From positions 1 to 52,570 of the forward strand of contig CAJBCV010000339.1 of the NCBI GenBank assembly GCA_903951635.1: 52,570 nucleotides of DNA. The letters run 5' to 3'. Shown one piece after another: positions 51,162-52,570 of this stretch. Each line of letters starts with the position of its first letter. The first letter of the stretch is position 1. Position numbers and translations under genes: made by a program. The stretch comes from an uncultured Planctomycetaceae bacterium (GTDB lineage Bacteria; Planctomycetota; Planctomycetia; Pirellulales; UBA1268). Below the pieces are notes generated by a model, which saw nothing but the letters and a program-made list of their open reading frames with translations, made no database searches and had not been told where the DNA came from.

Positions 51162-51587
51162 GTTCAGCGGGTGCCAGATGGCCAACTGTCCGCCGCCCTG
51201 CGCAACCACAAGGCTGCCGCCGGGGCCACCCAACTGCCAGCTCTCGTACCCGGACGACAGCGGCACCAGTTCGAGCCGCGTCCCTGACGCGAAACGAATG
51301 ACCAAATCGCGGGTCTCGTCGCGGACCTCGGCCGCCGCAACCACCGCGCCGCCAATCAGCCGGCGGCACTCGGCCTCGGCATCGACCGGCGCAGGCAGTC
51401 CGTACTGGTGGCCGTGGTCCTCGCTACTCAGGGCGATGCCGCCGTCGCGGATCACCCGCCACGGGCAATCGGCCCGCACCCCGGCGTCTGGGCCAAACCC
51501 GAACTGCCAGGAGCCTTGCTCGGTCCAATTCACCTCGGCGAGCGTCCGTCCGACGAGCCAACCAAGATCGTAGCGATTATCCACCAT
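51129..51587 (-). CDS. DUF6188-like beta-rich protein (cassette)
   Basis: DCPWRVI..SSEDHGHQYGLPAPVD, DLVIRFASGTRLE..SGYESWQL; C-terminus AEPGAA reads into the attC. Confidence 0.7.
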   Translation of the reverse strand: MVDNRYDLGWLVGRTLAEVNWTEQGSWQFGFGPDAGVRADCPWRVIRDGGIALSSEDHGHQYGLPAPVDAEAECRRLIGGAVVAAAEVRDETRDLVIRFASGTRLELVPLSSGYESWQLGGPGGSLVVAQGGGQLAIWHPLNAEPGAAERSR

Positions 51588-51600
51588 GACGCCCTCTGTC

Positions 51601-51696
51601 ACCGAACGGCTTCGCTCAGCAGCGGCGGGGCCGCTGAAGCCTTGACCTTCCGACAGACTACTCGTCCCCGCCGTCTGCTGCAGCGTTTGGTTCGGC
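51601..51696 (-). other. attC site (1st, intact)
   Basis: GCCGAAC-CAAAC-GCTGCAGCAGACGGCGGGG...CCCCGCCGCTGCTGAGCGAAGCC-GTTCGGT; 96-bp imperfect hairpin with extra-helical bases. Confidence 0.88.
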
Positions 51697-52014
51697 GTAC
51701 GACCTCAACTCCAACAGCAGCTCCCGATCCGGCTCCGGCCCGTAGCATTCGGCGGTGAAGCTGATGCCGGCCGCCCGCAGAGGGGCCACCAACTCCTCGG
51801 CGCGGGCCGGCAGGTCAGCGACCGGGCCGTGCATCAGGATCGGTGAGGCGGCGTCGATGACCAACTCTGCCCAGTCGCTGATGACCTCGTAATCCACTCG
51901 CGAGCACTTGCGGACCCGCCAGCCCAGCGTTCCGTACAGCCCGGCCACCTCCGCCGGGGTTAGGGGGGTGTCGAGGGCGCTAAAGAAGTGGGAGCCGTCA
52001 GGCACCTCTGCCAT
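51658..52014 (-). CDS. Hypothetical protein (first cassette)
   Basis: GGAGG upstream of ATG; 118 aa, acidic; C-terminus AEPNAAADGG reads into the attC. Confidence 0.7.
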   Translation of the reverse strand: MAEVPDGSHFFSALDTPLTPAEVAGLYGTLGWRVRKCSRVDYEVISDWAELVIDAASPILMHGPVADLPARAEELVAPLRAAGISFTAECYGPEPDRELLLELRSYAEPNAAADGGDE

Positions 52015-52030
52015 CCCCTGCGCCTCCGTA

Positions 52031-52049
52031 GCCGAACTTGTATTTATAC
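52031..52049 (-). other. attI-like site
   Basis: Minus strand GTATAAA-TACAA-GTTCGGC, comparable to the attI1 core CCCTAAA-ACAAA-GTTRRRY. GTTCGGC is the exact complement of the first attC's GCCGAAC. Confidence 0.65.
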
Positions 52050-52325
52050 GGTCCGTATATCCACCCGCGTCTGCGTGTTAACGCACCTGCACCGCTATTG
52101 CCCCTTGGACGCAGTGGGCTTCTCGGCAATGGCTTACGTTGATTCCAGCCCCCAGCCGATGGCGCGTTAACAGGCTCCACCTGCAGTATATCCACCCTCG
52201 CCCCGCACGCCGCAAGTGGGGGGGGCCGCCGTCAACCTCCCGTCGCCGATCGGCAAAGACGGCCCCTGTCGCCGCCCGGGCTCGCGTGGCCACGGTGGAA
52301 CGCTGTGCACCCGCGGCTGCGCGTG

Positions 52326-52570
52326 TCAGGCGTCGTCGGTCGCTTGAGCGTCGTCGTCTCCGTCGCCTGTCGCTTGAGCGCCGTCGTCGCTGTCGAGCCC
52401 GCGGAGGATTTCAATCGCTTCCTCGAGCGTCGGGGCCTCGCCGCTGCGGACATGGCCGCGGCGGTCGGCTGACTCCAGAAGCCGCAGGCTGTCGTAGTCG
52501 GGATGCTCCTCGAGCCGATGGCGGGCCCGGTGCCCGAGCGTGCCGGCGTGGAGGGCCGTCGCCACCGGCA
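52326..52570 (-). CDS. C-terminal part of a gene entering from outside the window (possibly HD-domain protein)
   Basis: GC3-rich frame TLGHRARHRLEEHPDYDSLRLLESADRRG..TLEEAIEILR; the family call is tentative. Confidence 0.55.
   Translation of the reverse strand, partial: PVATALHAGTLGHRARHRLEEHPDYDSLRLLESADRRGHVRSGEAPTLEEAIEILRGLDSDDGAQATGDGDDDAQATDDA

Larger units (their letters stand above)
47920..52049 (-). mobile_element. Integron-type gene cassette array (attI-like site + 7 attC-like sites; no adjacent intI)
   Basis: Eight short co-oriented ORFs separated by related imperfect inverted repeats with RYYYAAC-like...GTTRRRY-like ends. Confidence 0.85.

Noticed and set aside
49529-51696. Repeats as a CRISPR array
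   Set aside because: The repeats are degenerate 35-97 bp hairpins separated by whole genes, not identical repeats with 30-40 bp spacers; no cas genes.
52028-52060. dif (XerCD) site
   Set aside because: AT-rich core but no TTATGTTAAA-like XerD arm; an attI interpretation fits better.
52331-52390. 30-bp imperfect tandem duplication (AQATGDGDDDAQATDD)
   Set aside because: Lies in a low-complexity acidic protein tail; no evidence of function.

Overview
High-GC planctomycete-type chromosomal window (DUF1559 gene, PV-type microcompartment, sulfatase and MoxR cluster point to Planctomycetota). From left to right: (1) housekeeping genes: 3' part of ileS, purN, a DinB-like gene, a Tat-exported hydroxypyruvate-isomerase-like gene, a PDZ protein and a GNAT. 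(2) A complete 12-gene Planctomycetes/Verrucomicrobia-type bacterial microcompartment locus at 5.8-15.2 kb (DeoR, PduL, 2 BMC-H, acetate kinase, 3 BMC-P, acylating aldehyde dehydrogenase, RpiB-like protein, class II aldolase, LDH/MDH). It is followed on the same strand by a LamG + SGNH acetylesterase gene and a sulfatase gene. (3) Minus-strand genes for an aldose epimerase, a lipoprotein, DUF1559, a PQQ/GSDH-cytochrome c fusion and an ABC exporter. (4) A ~15.6 kb, nine-gene MoxR-DUF58-BatA/vWA-GATase-coiled coil-prenyltransferase barrel-PDZ operon of unknown function. (5) An integron-type cassette array at ~47.9-52.05 kb that is not visible in the ORF track. It has an attI-like site, seven attC-like sites that decay with distance from attI (one collapsed to 35 bp), small immunity-like cargo genes, and no room for an adjacent intI. 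All calls are from reading motifs by eye; no database searches were run.
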